DNA from: Octopus sinensis
Taxonomy: Eukaryota
NCBI RefSeq assembly: GCF_006345805.1
Contig: NC_042997.1
Span: 209,436,001 to 209,500,000 of the forward strand
DNA: 64,000 bases
Direction of reading: 5' to 3'
The position numbers and the translations under genes are program-made. The notes below the pieces were generated by a model. That model ran no database searches and had not been told where the DNA came from. It saw only the letters and a list, made by a program, of their open reading frames with translations. How positions within the stretch are numbered: the stretch's first letter is position 1; the number at the start of each line of letters is the position of its first letter. Positions 12,368 through 24,418 of the stretch are shown here, in pieces.

Positions 12368-12444
12368 CCATCCACATCTTTCTCTGGGTTGATAAAGTTG
12401 ATAATATCTTGCTCGTTAACATCATTTGATGAGTCTATGGGAAG
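12368..12444 (-). CDS. MTHFD1: MTHFD1 coding exon 5 (LPIDSSNDVNEQDIINFINPEKDVDG)
   Basis: ctgcag|CTT...GAT GG|gtgagt; 77 nt; PEKDVDG signature. Confidence 0.95.
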
Positions 12445-12684
12445 CTGCAGAGAAGAATGGTTGCTATTAGCAACAACACACATACCATCATTCTTCATTC
12501 ATAATAGTTTATTCTCACAATAATGATTGATGCCATGAATAGGCAGACTGAAACCGGTGGATCTTTGGACAAACCTTGTTTGTGGTTCATTAAAGAAATT
12601 TAATTTACATAGAAGTTATAATTATAAAAGCATTATTGTGTTATATTATAAAAATATTTGCACATGTTTGTATACACATATGTA

Positions 12685-13140
12685 TCTCTCTCTCTATATA
12701 TATAAAACTGAGAATGTGTGTCTGTCTGGCTGTCTGTGTGTTTCCCTAAAACTTGGGAACTACACAACCAATTTCATTCAAATTTTACACATGCCTTACT
12801 TAAGGTCCGGGGAGTGTCATCGGCAAAAGAAATTTTAACTTTTTCCCTAGGGCGACCCCACAGCAATATCATATCTTCTCCACTATTTCAGTATTACGTG
12901 TTAAAAGTGAAACAAAAACATCTCTCTATTGTAATGCAGACATTCACTTTAATACTGAAACTATTATATAACAGGGATGAACCATTAACAGTGGTCATCC
13001 ATTTTGCTAGAAGATCCACTATGGTCTTATATGCTACACCACTAGTTTTCAATTCACATTAATCAAATTAATATTCAATTTTTCACCCTTATTATGTCTG
13101 TGCTTGTATTAGCAATTCGTATAAAATTGCATCAATGACT
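12685..13140 (+). mobile_element. Helitron/Helentron-like non-autonomous fragment
   Basis: 5' tctatatatataaaactgagaatgtgtgtctgtctg..aaccaatttcattcaaattt, a layout typical of such elements. Confidence 0.4.
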
Positions 13141-13267
13141 TGAACTTGAATAAGCGGTTTCACATAAATGGGGATAAATTAAAAAGGTTTGTTGTTATTA
13201 TTACTGTTTGACCTCTGCGGAATGCTGTATGTAGGACAGACGGGACGCCGGTTGGCAGACCGATTCG

Positions 13268-14030
13268 TACACACACACACATATATAGATATACAATACA
13301 CGCACACACACATACACATGTACAAACACACACACCAGCACAGATGCCCACATATACCTCCAACAAACAATACTCATACAGATACGCACACATTCATACA
13401 CACACGGGCACAGACACACACACATGCACACGCATGCACATTATGCCCACACACACACGCACGTAAGCGCACACATGCACATAAGCACACACATGCACAT
13501 TACGTCCACACACACACATACACAAATTCACATGCACACCGATACATATACATACACACAATATGTGCCTACACGCGCACACACACATACACATATGTAT
13601 ACACATATAGGCACAGACACACACACGCACACATAAACATGCACACACCCAAAACTCACAACCCCACAGATACACGCATATACATCCATATACGCTTACA
13701 CACACACACATACAAATGCACACATACACGCACACACAACTACATGCACATATGACATGCACATACATACACACACACACACACAAATGAACCCACACAT
13801 ACATCCCATACACACGGCACACCATTATACATACACGCACCCAATTATACATACATATATACACACACGCACGTACAAGCACACACGCACACATACACTA
13901 AGTAAAGCACAGTTATTCGCCACACACCCAAACTCTACGCATACACACACGAACACACACATACATACACACACACTACAAACAAAACACACACATGATA
14001 CATATACATACACGCACACACACACATACT
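13268..14030. repeat. Degenerate (CA)/(CATA)-rich low-complexity tract
   Basis: Direct reading; produces spurious HT-rich and VC-rich ORFs. Confidence 0.9.
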
Positions 14031-15092
14031 TCAAAGTACTGACCTGTGGCAGGGACAAAAACACCACTCCTTATTCTTACAAACTAGCCAGCCTTACTAC
14101 TAGCCTGATGTTTACAGCTACAACCACACACACATGCGTCATCATTACACACAGCGAGCAGGCCAACAGAAGAAAGATTGAGAGAAAGTTGTGGCGAAAA
14201 GGTACAGCAGGAATCGCCACTACCCCCTGCCGGAGCCTCGTGGAGCTTTAGGTGATTTCGCTCAATAAACACTCACAACGCCCGGTCTGGGAATCGAAAC
14301 CGCGATCCTACAACCGCAAGTCCACTGCCCTAACCACTAGGCCATTGCGCCTCCACATATATATATATATATATACACATATGTATATATATAAAATATA
14401 TATATACATGTATATATACTGATGTATATATACTGATGTATATGTATAGATGTATGTCTAGATGTAATTATAGATGTATATGTAACATGTACACATATCA
14501 TCATCATCATCATCATCATCATCGTTTAGCATCCGCTTTCCATGCTAGCATGGGTTGGACGGGTCAACTGGGGTCTGTGAAGCTGGAAGGCTTCGTCAGG
14601 CCCAGTCAGATCTGGCAGTGTTTCTACGGCTGGATGCCCTTCCTAACGCCAACCACAACCGTATATATATATATATATACACATATATACATGCATACAT
14701 ATATACACCCATACACACATACCGATACACCCACACACATAAACACACAGGTGTAGGTGTGGCTGTGTGGTAACAAACTTGGTTCCAAAACACTTGGTCC
14801 GTAGTTCAGTCCCACTGTGTGGTAACTTGGCATGTGTCTTGTGCTATAGCATCATACAAGCCAGAGCCCACTCTGGGCGACGTTGGGTCGACCGTCCACA
14901 GTCGACAAGGAGAAATGAAAGTGTCACCTCTGGAGTTTGCAAATGACCACTATACAGATGCGTAACTGGACAGAATAAATTTAGTGGAGACAAAGATGCT
15001 GGGCGACATAGGGGTGACTGTACACAGCTACCAGCCCACAGTCGACGCTATGGCAACCAGAGCTCGCTCTGGGCGACATTGGGGGACATATG

Positions 15093-15376
15093 GCATAGTG
15101 GCTAAGAGCACAGGCTACTAACCCCAAGATTCCAAGTTCGATTCGAAGCAGTGACCTAAACACTAACAACAACAATAACAACAACAATAACATCGAAAAA
15201 TATATTAGGAATGAGAACACAGATTCGAAATTTCCCCAAGACACCTGAAGAAGGCTTGGAGGGTACATCAGCCGAAGCGTTGTGTTAACAACAAACAAGA
15301 TGAGGACAAATATCCATCAAATGTAAATAATGTAAATAAAGTATGTTATTCCTCATCTCTAAAATATAGAACTGTG
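15093..15376 (+). mobile_element. Monomeric copy of the tRNA-headed, hammerhead-bearing repeat
   Basis: Head ggcatagtggctaagagc...gttcgattc, (AAC/AAT)n linker, tail with CTGAAGA..GAAGC (core mutated), ending ctctaaaatatagaactg. Confidence 0.7.
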
Positions 15377-15379
15377 GAG

Positions 15380-15720
15380 GGACATGTTCCAAACTTCGGC
15401 ACTGGAGAGAGTTTTAATGCACGAACATTTATATACTCTAAGCTTGCAAATATACTACCTTCGAAATCATGGGCTAAAATACTTTATCGTAACAATCTGA
15501 CATTTAGAGTTCCCTCAACTGTTCAACGACCTATCTAAATTAAAAGAAATATAAGAGACATCTACTAAAACATTAAAAAAACCCTCCCAAAACTCATTAG
15601 ATGAACTCTTAACAATACCTTAGATGTCAACCATTCAAGGATGATGCATTCTGAGGAGAACAGCAGCTAGAAAACTCAATCATAGACCACCTGCCAGTCA
15701 AGAAGCAACGACAAAACCTA
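15380..15720 (+). mobile_element. Degenerate CR1/L2-like LINE 3' end
   Basis: Weak peptide NNLTFRVPQLFNDL..NSLDELL..RRTAA resembling LINE C-termini; many stops. Confidence 0.4.
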
Positions 15721-15789
15721 ATTGAAAATACATTAAGGCAGTGCCCTAGAATGGCTGCATTACTATTACTTCCTAAAAGGATTTTATAA

Positions 15790-18030
15790 CTTTCTGAAAA
15801 ATTGGTCGAAAACTTCCAGGATAATTCCGAGGATTTCATGCAAATTCCTGGAAGATTGATCGGAAACTTCCCGGAAAGTCCCGGGGATCCCCAAACTTCC
15901 TGGAAAATTGATTGGAAACTCACTGGAAAGCTCCGAGGATTTCATGGAAAATCCCGGAAATTTTCCAACTTCCTGGAAAATTGATCGGAAACATACCAGA
16001 AAACTCCCAGGTTTTCATGGAAAATTCCGGGGATTCCGCAACTTCCTGGGAAAATGATCGGAAACACCCTGGAAAGCCCCGAAGATTTCATAGAAAGTTC
16101 CGAGGATTTCATGGGAAGTTCCAGGGATTTTCCAACTTCATGGAAAATTGGTCGGAAACACCACAGAAAATTCCAGGGATGCCCCCAAATTACTGGAAAT
16201 TTGGTCGGAAACTCCATGTGAAGTTCCGGGGATTCCCCCCAACTTCCTGGAAAGTTCCGGGGATTTCTGAACTTCTTTGAAAATTGGTCGGAAACTCTTT
16301 GTGAAGTTCCGGGGATCGGCCAAACTTCATGGAAAGGTCCGGGGTTTCCTAACTTCCTGGAAAATTGATCGGAAACACAATGGAAAGTTCCAAGGATTTC
16401 ATGGAAATTTCCCAAATTCATGGGAAATTGGGCGGTAACTCCATGGGAAGTTCCGTGGATTCCCCAACTTCCTAAGAAATTGGTCGGAAACATCCCAGAA
16501 TTTCATGCAAAATACTGGAGTTTCCCCAACTTCCTGGGAAAATCCGAGGATTCCATGGGAAGTTCCGGGCGTTTCCGAACTTCCTAGAAAATTGGTCGGA
16601 AACTCATTGTGAAGATCCGGGGATAACCCCAAAATTCCTGGAAAAGCCCAAGGTTTCCCAAATCCCTTGGAAATTGATCGAGGATTTCATGGAAAGTTCC
16701 GGGGATTCCCAAATTCCTGGGAAATTGGGCGGTAACTCCATGGGAAGTTCCGGAGATTCCCCAACTTCCTGGAAAGTTCCCAGAATTTCATGCAAAGGAA
16801 CGGGTTTCCACAACTTCCTGGAAAAATTGGTCGGAAACATCATGGACAGTTCCGGAGATTCCATGGGAAGTTCCGGAGATTTCCCAACTTCCTAAAAAAT
16901 TGGTCGGAAACATCATGGAAAGTTCCGGAGATTCCATGGGAAGTTCCAGGGATTTCAAAACTTCTAAAAAAGGTCGGAAACTCCTTATGAAGTTCCGGGG
17001 ATCCCCCAAAATGTCCGTTTTCCAAACGTCCGAGGAAAATTGATCGGAAACACCATGGAAAGTTCCAATGATTTCATGGAATGTTCCGGGGGTTACCCAA
17101 ATTTCTGGGAAATTAATCGGAAACTTCCTGGAAAGTTCCCAGAATTTCATGCAAAATTCCGGGGTTTCCCCAACTTCCTGGAAAATTGATCGGGAAAATC
17201 ATGGAAAGATCCGGGTATTCCATGGGAACTTCCAAACTTCCTGGAAAATTGGTCGGAAATTCCTTGTGAAGTTCCTGTGATACCCCCAAACTTCCTGGAA
17301 TGGTCCAGGGGTTCGTAACTTCCTGGAAAATTGGTCGGAAACTCAATTGAAAGTTCTAGGGATTTCATGGAAAGTTCCGGGGGTTTCCCAAATTCCTGCG
17401 AAATTGGGCGGTAATTCCATGGGAAGTTCCGGGGTTCCCCAACTTCATGGAAAGTTTGCAGAATTTCATGCAAAATACCAGTTTCTCCAACTTCCAGGGA
17501 AATTGGTCGGGGAAATCCTGGAAAGATCCGAGGGTCCCATGGGAAGTTCCGGGGATTTCCCAACTTCCTGAAAAATTCACCGGAAACATCATGGAAAGTT
17601 CCGGGGTTTCCCCCAACTTTCTGGAAAATTGGTTGGAAACTGAAGTTCAGGGGATTCCCCAAGCCTCCTGGAAAATTGGTCGGAAACTTCCTGGAACGGT
17701 CCGGGGTTTCCCAACTTTCTAAATAATTGGTCGGAAACTCCATGGGAAGTCCCGGGGATTACCCAACTTCCCGGTAAAATGGTCGGAAACACCCTGGAAA
17801 GCTCCGAGGATTTCATGGGAAGTTTTAGGGATTTCCCAACACCATAGAAAATTTCAGGGACCCCCAACTTCCTGGAATTTTGATCGGAAACTCCATGTGA
17901 AGTTCCGGAGATTCCCCAAACTTCCTGGAAAGGTCCGGGGTTTCCCAACTTCCTGGAAACTTCATCGAAAACTCCATGGAAAGTTCCGGAGGTTTCCCAA
18001 ATTCCTGGGAAATTGGGTGGTAACTCAATT
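15790..18030. repeat. Complex satellite of about 2.2 kb built from shuffled short modules
   Basis: Recurrent modules ggaaaatt(g/t)(a/g)tcggaaac, ccatgggaagttcc, ggggattccccaacttcctggaaa and ggatttcatg; irregular period. Confidence 0.9.
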
Positions 18031-18419
18031 TCAAGTTTGTGTGTGTTAATGTTTGTGTGTGTATTAATGTTTGTGTGTGTGTGTGTATTAATGTTTGTGT
18101 GTGTGTATTAATGGTTGCTTTTATGTTTTACATTAAACTGAAGGATTATTCAATGCATTTGATAGAATGCAAATTATTCTTTAACAAGAAAGTATTGATA
18201 GTGACTTCGAAGGTTTGTCCAGCTAAACCATCCTGAGAGAGTTCGATGATGGCTTCAAAGCTGTGACTACAAAGTCACTACATACGTGTGTGTCTGTGTG
18301 TGTGTGTGTGCATATGCATGTGTGTATATGTTTCCCATGTGTCTTCATAGCAGAATGTGATGGAAACACACACACCCACACACACCTGGCTTAACCTCTA
18401 TGTGTTTGAGCAGACTCAC

Positions 18420-18479
18420 CTGTAATACAATTCCATGAACACCTGTGTCATCATTTAATTGTTCAATTTTTTGTAGAAT
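18420..18479 (-). CDS. MTHFD1: MTHFD1 coding exon 4 (ILQKIEQLNDDTGVHGIVLQ)
   Basis: ttctag|ATT...CAG|gtgagt; 60 nt; LNxDxxVHGIxxQ motif. Confidence 0.94.
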
Positions 18480-18619
18480 CTAGAAGAAAAGAAGATAAAA
18501 CATTCAGTGCTGTCATCACAACTGACAGGAGAAAGAGATGGAGGGGAGAGAGAGAGAGAGAGAGAGAGGAGGGAAGACAGAGACGGAAGAAGAGACAGAG
18601 TTAGTGAGTTTCTTGTTGT

Positions 18620-18917
18620 TTGTTCCTTCTCGAGCCACACCTGGCTCATCAGGGCCGGTTTCCCGGTTTCCTTGGCGTATAGGTTCCCCACCTGGATGGG
18701 ATGCCAGTCCGTCGCAGGTGAGCTGCAAGATGCAGGAGGAAAGAGTGAGAGAAAGTTGTGGCGAAAGAGTCAGCAGAAGTTCGCCATTACCTTCTGCCGG
18801 AGCCGCGTGGATCTTAGGTGTTTCGCTCATAAACACACTTATCGCCCGGTCTGAGATTCGAACCCGTGATCCCTCGACCGCGAGTCCGCTGCTCTAACCA
18901 CTAGGCCATGTGCCTCC
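18620..18917 (-). mobile_element. tRNA-derived SINE in the 496 bp intron 3
   Basis: Minus-strand ggaggcacatggcctagtggttagagcagcggactc...gggttcgaatctc. Confidence 0.8.
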
Positions 18918-18975
18918 AGAGTGAGCGAGTGGTGGCAGTGAATTAGAAATGAATGTTAAAAGGGTTTAAACTTAC

Positions 18976-19086
18976 GTCTTCCTGGGTGGATGTCTTTGGC
19001 AACTCAACAAACGCAGCGGAGATACCCACATCAGCTGCTGTCTTCAATTTATGCTTGATGTGACAGTCTTCTCCTCGACCTCCGAC
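18976..19086 (-). CDS. MTHFD1: MTHFD1 coding exon 3 (VGGRGEDCHIKHKLKTAADVGISAAFVELPKTSTQED)
   Basis: ttctag|GTC...GAC|gtaagt; 111 nt, phase 0 to 0; contains the K56-equivalent. Confidence 0.93.
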
Positions 19087-19330
19087 CTAGAAAGGTTCAA
19101 AGGTGACATTACAGGTCATTAATAAGAGGTAAATAACGAGCCCACCTAAAGTCTGTTTGGGAAGGTCAATGAATTAACAGTGACCAGTGGTAGGGGACTC
19201 TGGAGTTCCCTAGGTTAATGATGATATAACTCATTAGGAATATTCTTTTATTTGTTTCAGTCATTTGACTGCGGCCATGCTGGAGCACCACCTTTAGTTG
19301 AACAATTGATCCCAGGACTTATTCTTTGTA

Positions 19331-19698
19331 ACATTATTTACATTTGACAGATATTTGTCCTCATCTTGTTTGTTGTTAATGTTTTGGCTGATATACCCTC
19401 CAGCCTTCATCAGGTGTCCTAGGGAAATTTTGAATCTGGATTCTCATTCTTCAGGTATTTTTCGATGTTATTATTATTATTATTCAGGTCACTGCCTGGA
19501 ATCAAACTCGGAATCTTGGGGTTAGTAGCCCACACTCTTAACCACTACGCTGTATGCCTGTTGGTATATGGAATGAGACCCTAGGTTCGAAATTTCCCCA
19601 GGACACCTGATGAAGGCTGGAGGGTATATCAGCCAAAACAATATCCGTCAATTGTAAACAATGTACATAATTCCTCATCTCTTAAATATAGAATTGTA
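19331..19698. mobile_element. Inverted cassette of the tRNA-headed, hammerhead-bearing repeat, with a 12 bp TSD
   Basis: Minus-strand tail and head (19331-19560) and plus-strand tail (19571-19698); TTATTCTTTGTA duplicated at 19319-19330 and 19699-19710, splitting a SINE. Confidence 0.75.
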
Positions 19699-22600
19699 TT
19701 ATTCTTTGTAAGCTTAGTACTTATTCATTCTATCAGTATATTTTGCCGAACTGCTAAATTACAGGTACATAAGCACACCAACATCGGTTGTCAAGCAATG
19801 GTTGGGGGACAGACACACACACACACACACACACAATGGGCTTCTTTCAGGTTCCGTCTACCAAATTCATTCACAAGGCTTTGGTCGGCCTGAGGCTATA
19901 ATAGAAGGCACTTGCCTAAGATGCCAAACAGTGGGACTGAACCCAGAACCATGTGGTTGGGAAGCATGATACCACACAGCTACTCCTGCGCCTATATATC
20001 TAAACTATAATAAAGATAATTGCTTATTACTTAGTAATGAGTAACTTTTACTAAAAGAAAGTAATTATCAAAGTCTATACTATCTAGAAAATTGACCGAG
20101 AGAATAAGTACTGGGCTTACAAAGAATAAGTCCTGGGGTCGATTTGTTCGACTAAAGGTGGCGCTCCAGCATGGCCACAGTCAAATGACTGAAAAAGCAA
20201 AAGAGTAAAAGAGAATAAATTGGTTATCCTTCTAAAATGCACAAAATATTTTAACAATTTTTCTCTACAATTTCAAATAATATTTAATTATTAAAAAAAT
20301 GACAGGATTTTTTTAAACATAGAATGGCTAAAATTGGAATGAAAGGGGTCCACTGGTAGCAAATGGTCAAGAACCACTGATTTAGAGCTTTCTTAGCAAG
20401 GAATTCAACCCTGGTCTCTTGGATGATAGGCAGGGACGTCGATGCCAGTGCCACCTGACATCAAATGTGGTCGATGCCAGGGCCACCTGACTGGCTCCTG
20501 TGCAGGTGGCACATAGAAAGCACCTACTACACTCTCTGAGTGGTTGGCATTAGGAAAGACATCCAGCTGTAGAAACCTTGCCAGATCAGATTGAGCCTGG
20601 TGCAGCCTTCTGGTTTGCCAGTCCTCAGTCAAACTGTCCAACCCATGCCAGCATGGAAAGCAGACGTTAAACGACGATGATGATGACTGCCAAGGATGTA
20701 ATAGGTAAATAACGACCACCCACCTGGGTAGACTGAAAGGAGATATGTAGTGGAGGTTATTGTAATTGTATCTCGTTAATCCTATGTTGATAACGAAGTA
20801 ATAGCATAATTATTGTGATCACAGATGGTAATGTTATTAAAATGATTGACAGTTGATTAAAGGATTAACAACACAGCTGAGTGTTGCTAGAAGACAAGTC
20901 TCAACTGCTCACTACACCTAGCTGTAAAGAGGTACCATGAGGAGGTGCAGATCTCTATTGTAAGTAGAAGAGGCACTTCTACCTACTATTCTAAGTAGAA
21001 ATGGCTTCACTAAATTCCTTTCTCTGGTTTTTCTGGTGTATGGGACCCCTCGAATGATCAAACATGATCAGCCGGCAAGCTGGCAGAAACGTTAGCATGC
21101 CAGGCGAAATGCTTAGCAGTATTTCGGCTGCCATTACATTCTGAGTTCAAATTCCGCCGAGGTCAACTTTGCCTTTCATCCTTTTGGGGTCGATTAAATA
21201 AGTACCAGTTACGCACTGGGGTTGATATAATCGACTTAATCCGTTTGTCTGTCCTTGTTTGTCCTCTCTGTGTTTAGCCCCTTGTGGGTAGTAAAGAAAT
21301 AGAATGATCAGACATGATACAAAAATACCGCAAACAGGATATATTCTTCAGCCAACAGATACAAAACCATGAAACCAAAATCACTCTCCATGTTGATTTT
21401 ATATCATAGAAGTTCACACAAAGACATACTTGCCTCTCTTTCTTCTTCTCCATGATTCTCTCTATTTCACTCTGTGATTGTATAATATCCTTTCACTCAT
21501 TGCCTGCCACCAAGCCTTGTATGTGCACTCATCCTACACCTCTTATGTTAACTCTTTCCATATCTTTTTTCTACTCTCCTCCCTCCTCTCTAAACGAAGT
21601 AAAGTGTCTCCTCACTGCTACAACAAAGAACTCTATATGCCTATTTCTTTATTGCCCACAGGGGACTAAACATAGAGGGGACAAACAAGGACAGGCAAAG
21701 GGATTAAGTCGATTACTTTGACTCCAATGTGTAACTGGTACTTATTTAATCGACCCCGAAAAGATGAAAGGCAAAGTTGACCTTGGTGGAATTTGAACTC
21801 AGAACGTAAACACAGATGAAATACCTATTTCTTTACTACCCACAAGGGGCTAAACATAGAGAGGACAAACAAGGACAGACAAACGGATTAAGTCGATTAT
21901 ATCGACCCCAGTGCATAACTGGTACTTAATTTATCAACCCCGAATGGATGAAAGGCAAAGTCGACCTCAGTGGAATTTGAACTCAGAACGTAACGGCAGA
22001 CGAAATACTGCAAAGCATTTCGCCTGGTGTGCTAACGATTCTGCCAGCTCACCACCCACTATATGCTATCCTCCACTTGATGTCCCCCTACCATCTTTTT
22101 ACTTCAGCTCATCCCTACAATGTCTCACCACCTCTCCCCCTAAACTATCAGATCCTTTCACTCTTTCCCTCCAAAATATTGCCATCCTTTCTCACCCACA
22201 TGCTTCCTTCCAAACGGCCACCCATGAATGGTTCAAAGAGAACATTAACCCTGGCCTAGAATTGGGTGCTGAGGGGGGTATGTGAAGGTGAGGGGCATGC
22301 ACTCTTACCCTTCATTCTGACTCTTTACTAAATCATAAAGCATCAAGTGGCGACACCTATCACCATAAACTGTTTCAAGTGGCGACATCTAGTGACATAA
22401 ACTATCTCAAGTTTAACAACTTCAAGAGCCCCACCACTACCACCACCACCAGCAGCAAAAAAAACGATAGCTACCCTCTTTCCTACTACTAACAACAATG
22501 AGCTCTGAGACAACAACAGAGACTATGTGGTTTGCAAGACATGCTAGAAATAGCAACCAAATCTTCTTTAAATCTACCATCTTGGAAAAGAAGTGCACAT

Positions 22601-24418
22601 CGGCAAATATCTTCTTAGATAACCTGCAGAAGGCAGGATGGTCTCAGCTGGAATGGCTTCAATCATGAGCCTACCAATCTATGTTGTTCACCCCTTACTC
22701 TACCACAATGCATTGTGGGTATTGTAATTGGTTAAACCTGGCTGTCCTGGGTTAAGCAATCTTGCTGACAATGTAACAACAGTGTTTAAGAGATAATCCT
22801 CTTTTTCAAAGCAGCTTTAACAACATTTCAAACACTAATCAATATTGATGGAGATATTGCAGAACATCTTGCACTTACTGACACAAGATTTCACCACCTT
22901 CCTGCATTCAGTGCTGAATTCAATACCTCTACCATTCATGGACAAGCTTATATAAAAAAGAAAAAAAAAATGTCACTGCCCATTATCATCATCATCATCA
23001 TCGTTGTCGTTTAACGTCCGCTTTCCATGCTAGCATGGGTCGGACGGTTTGACTGAGGGCTGGTAAAACAGAAGGCTGCACCAGGCTCCAGTCTTGATCT
23101 GGCAGAGTTTTTACAGCTGGATGTCCTTCCTAATGCCAAGCACTCCGAGAGTGTAGTAGGTGCTTTTATGTGCCACTGGTACAGGGTCAGTCAGGCGGTA
23201 CTGGCAATGACCTCGCTCGAATCTTTTTACACATGCCACCAGCACAGGTGCCAGTAAGGCGACGTTGGTAACGATCATGCTCGAATGGTGCCCTTCTACG
23301 TGCCACCGGCACAGAAGCCAGTTGGCTGCTCTGACAACGATCACACTCAGATGGTGCTCTTGGCACCCTACTAGCACGGGCACAAGTGCCAGTAAGGCAG
23401 TGCCACATAAAAAGCACCCAGTACACTCTGTAAGGTGGTTGGTGTTAGGAAGGGCATCTAACCACAGAATCCATGCCAAAGCAGACGAAAAAGAGCCAGG
23501 TGCAGCTCACCACCTCCTGTCAAGCCATCTAACCCATGCCAGCATAGAAAAATGGATGTATGATGATGATGATGGCCCTTTAATGTTCACTTTTCTATCT
23601 TCTTGTGTTTTATTCTGTGTACTATACCTGGGTACCCCACAGTGGAGTCACAAAGCTACCTGGATTACATTGGAGTACCCCATCCTGGAGTCATACTGAC
23701 TATTATATCAGGGTACCTTACAGAGAAGGCACAACACTGACTGCATTATCTGCTGTTGAGTGGCTTAGTGGTTAGGGTGTTCATGAGTTCGATTCCCGGT
23801 AGTGTGTTGCACCCTTGAGGCTATGGAGAAGACACTTGCTCAAGGTGACATGCAGTGGGACTGAACCCGGAACCATGTGGTCGATAAGCAAGCTACTTAC
23901 CACACAGCCACTCCTGCGCCTCATAAAATTTGGAAAAAAAGATTTTGTAAGGGATTATAACACCATCCATGTACAAGAAACTCCCATATTTTTTAATTTA
24001 ATTTTTGATGAAAAAGGGTTCCTTATACACGTTAAAATATGGTAATTATTTTTTATGTGTGTTTGTATGTGGGACGGAAACTACACACACACACACACAC
24101 ACACACAACTACAAATTAAGGAGAAGGATAAACTTGTCAATTGGCAGAAGGTAAAAAGCAGATTTAGATAACTATGTGTGTGTGTGTGTCCCTGTGAGTG
24201 TGTGTGTCCTTGTGCACGTGTGTATATATGTGTGAATGTATACCAGTGTGTTTATATATACATATAGTGTTTAATGTTTACGGTGAGGGTTTGCTCATGG
24301 TGACAAAAGTTTATTTCAAAAGTTACCGATTCCATAACAAGGAAAACTACAGCTCAAAGAAAAGTTGCTGAAGACGGTCGGAGGGATTCCTTCCCTGCTT
24401 CCTTTCTTCTCTCCTTAC

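Noticed and set aside
13160-14272. His/Thr-rich and Val/Cys-rich ORFs here and at 1196-1603, 2036-2608 and 59013-59274
   Set aside because: Translations of (CA)n, (AAT)n and (GAT)n microsatellites.
15790-18030. Many overlapping 60-198 aa ORFs
   Set aside because: By-product of a stop-poor satellite; no domain, no splice logic, present on both strands.
18130-18270. Exon-like stretch FEAIIELSQDGLAGQTFEV on the minus strand
   Set aside because: Phase incompatible, no good donor, and the expected peptide is fully supplied by the exon at 18420-18479.
22879-22946. Alternative-frame peptide LSMNGRGIEFSTECRKVVKSCV resembling the MTHFD1 N-terminus
   Set aside because: The true exons 1 and 2 were found at 55489 and 24419 and match better; this segment lies after exon 2 and the frame is incompatible. 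It is kept only as a poison-exon candidate.
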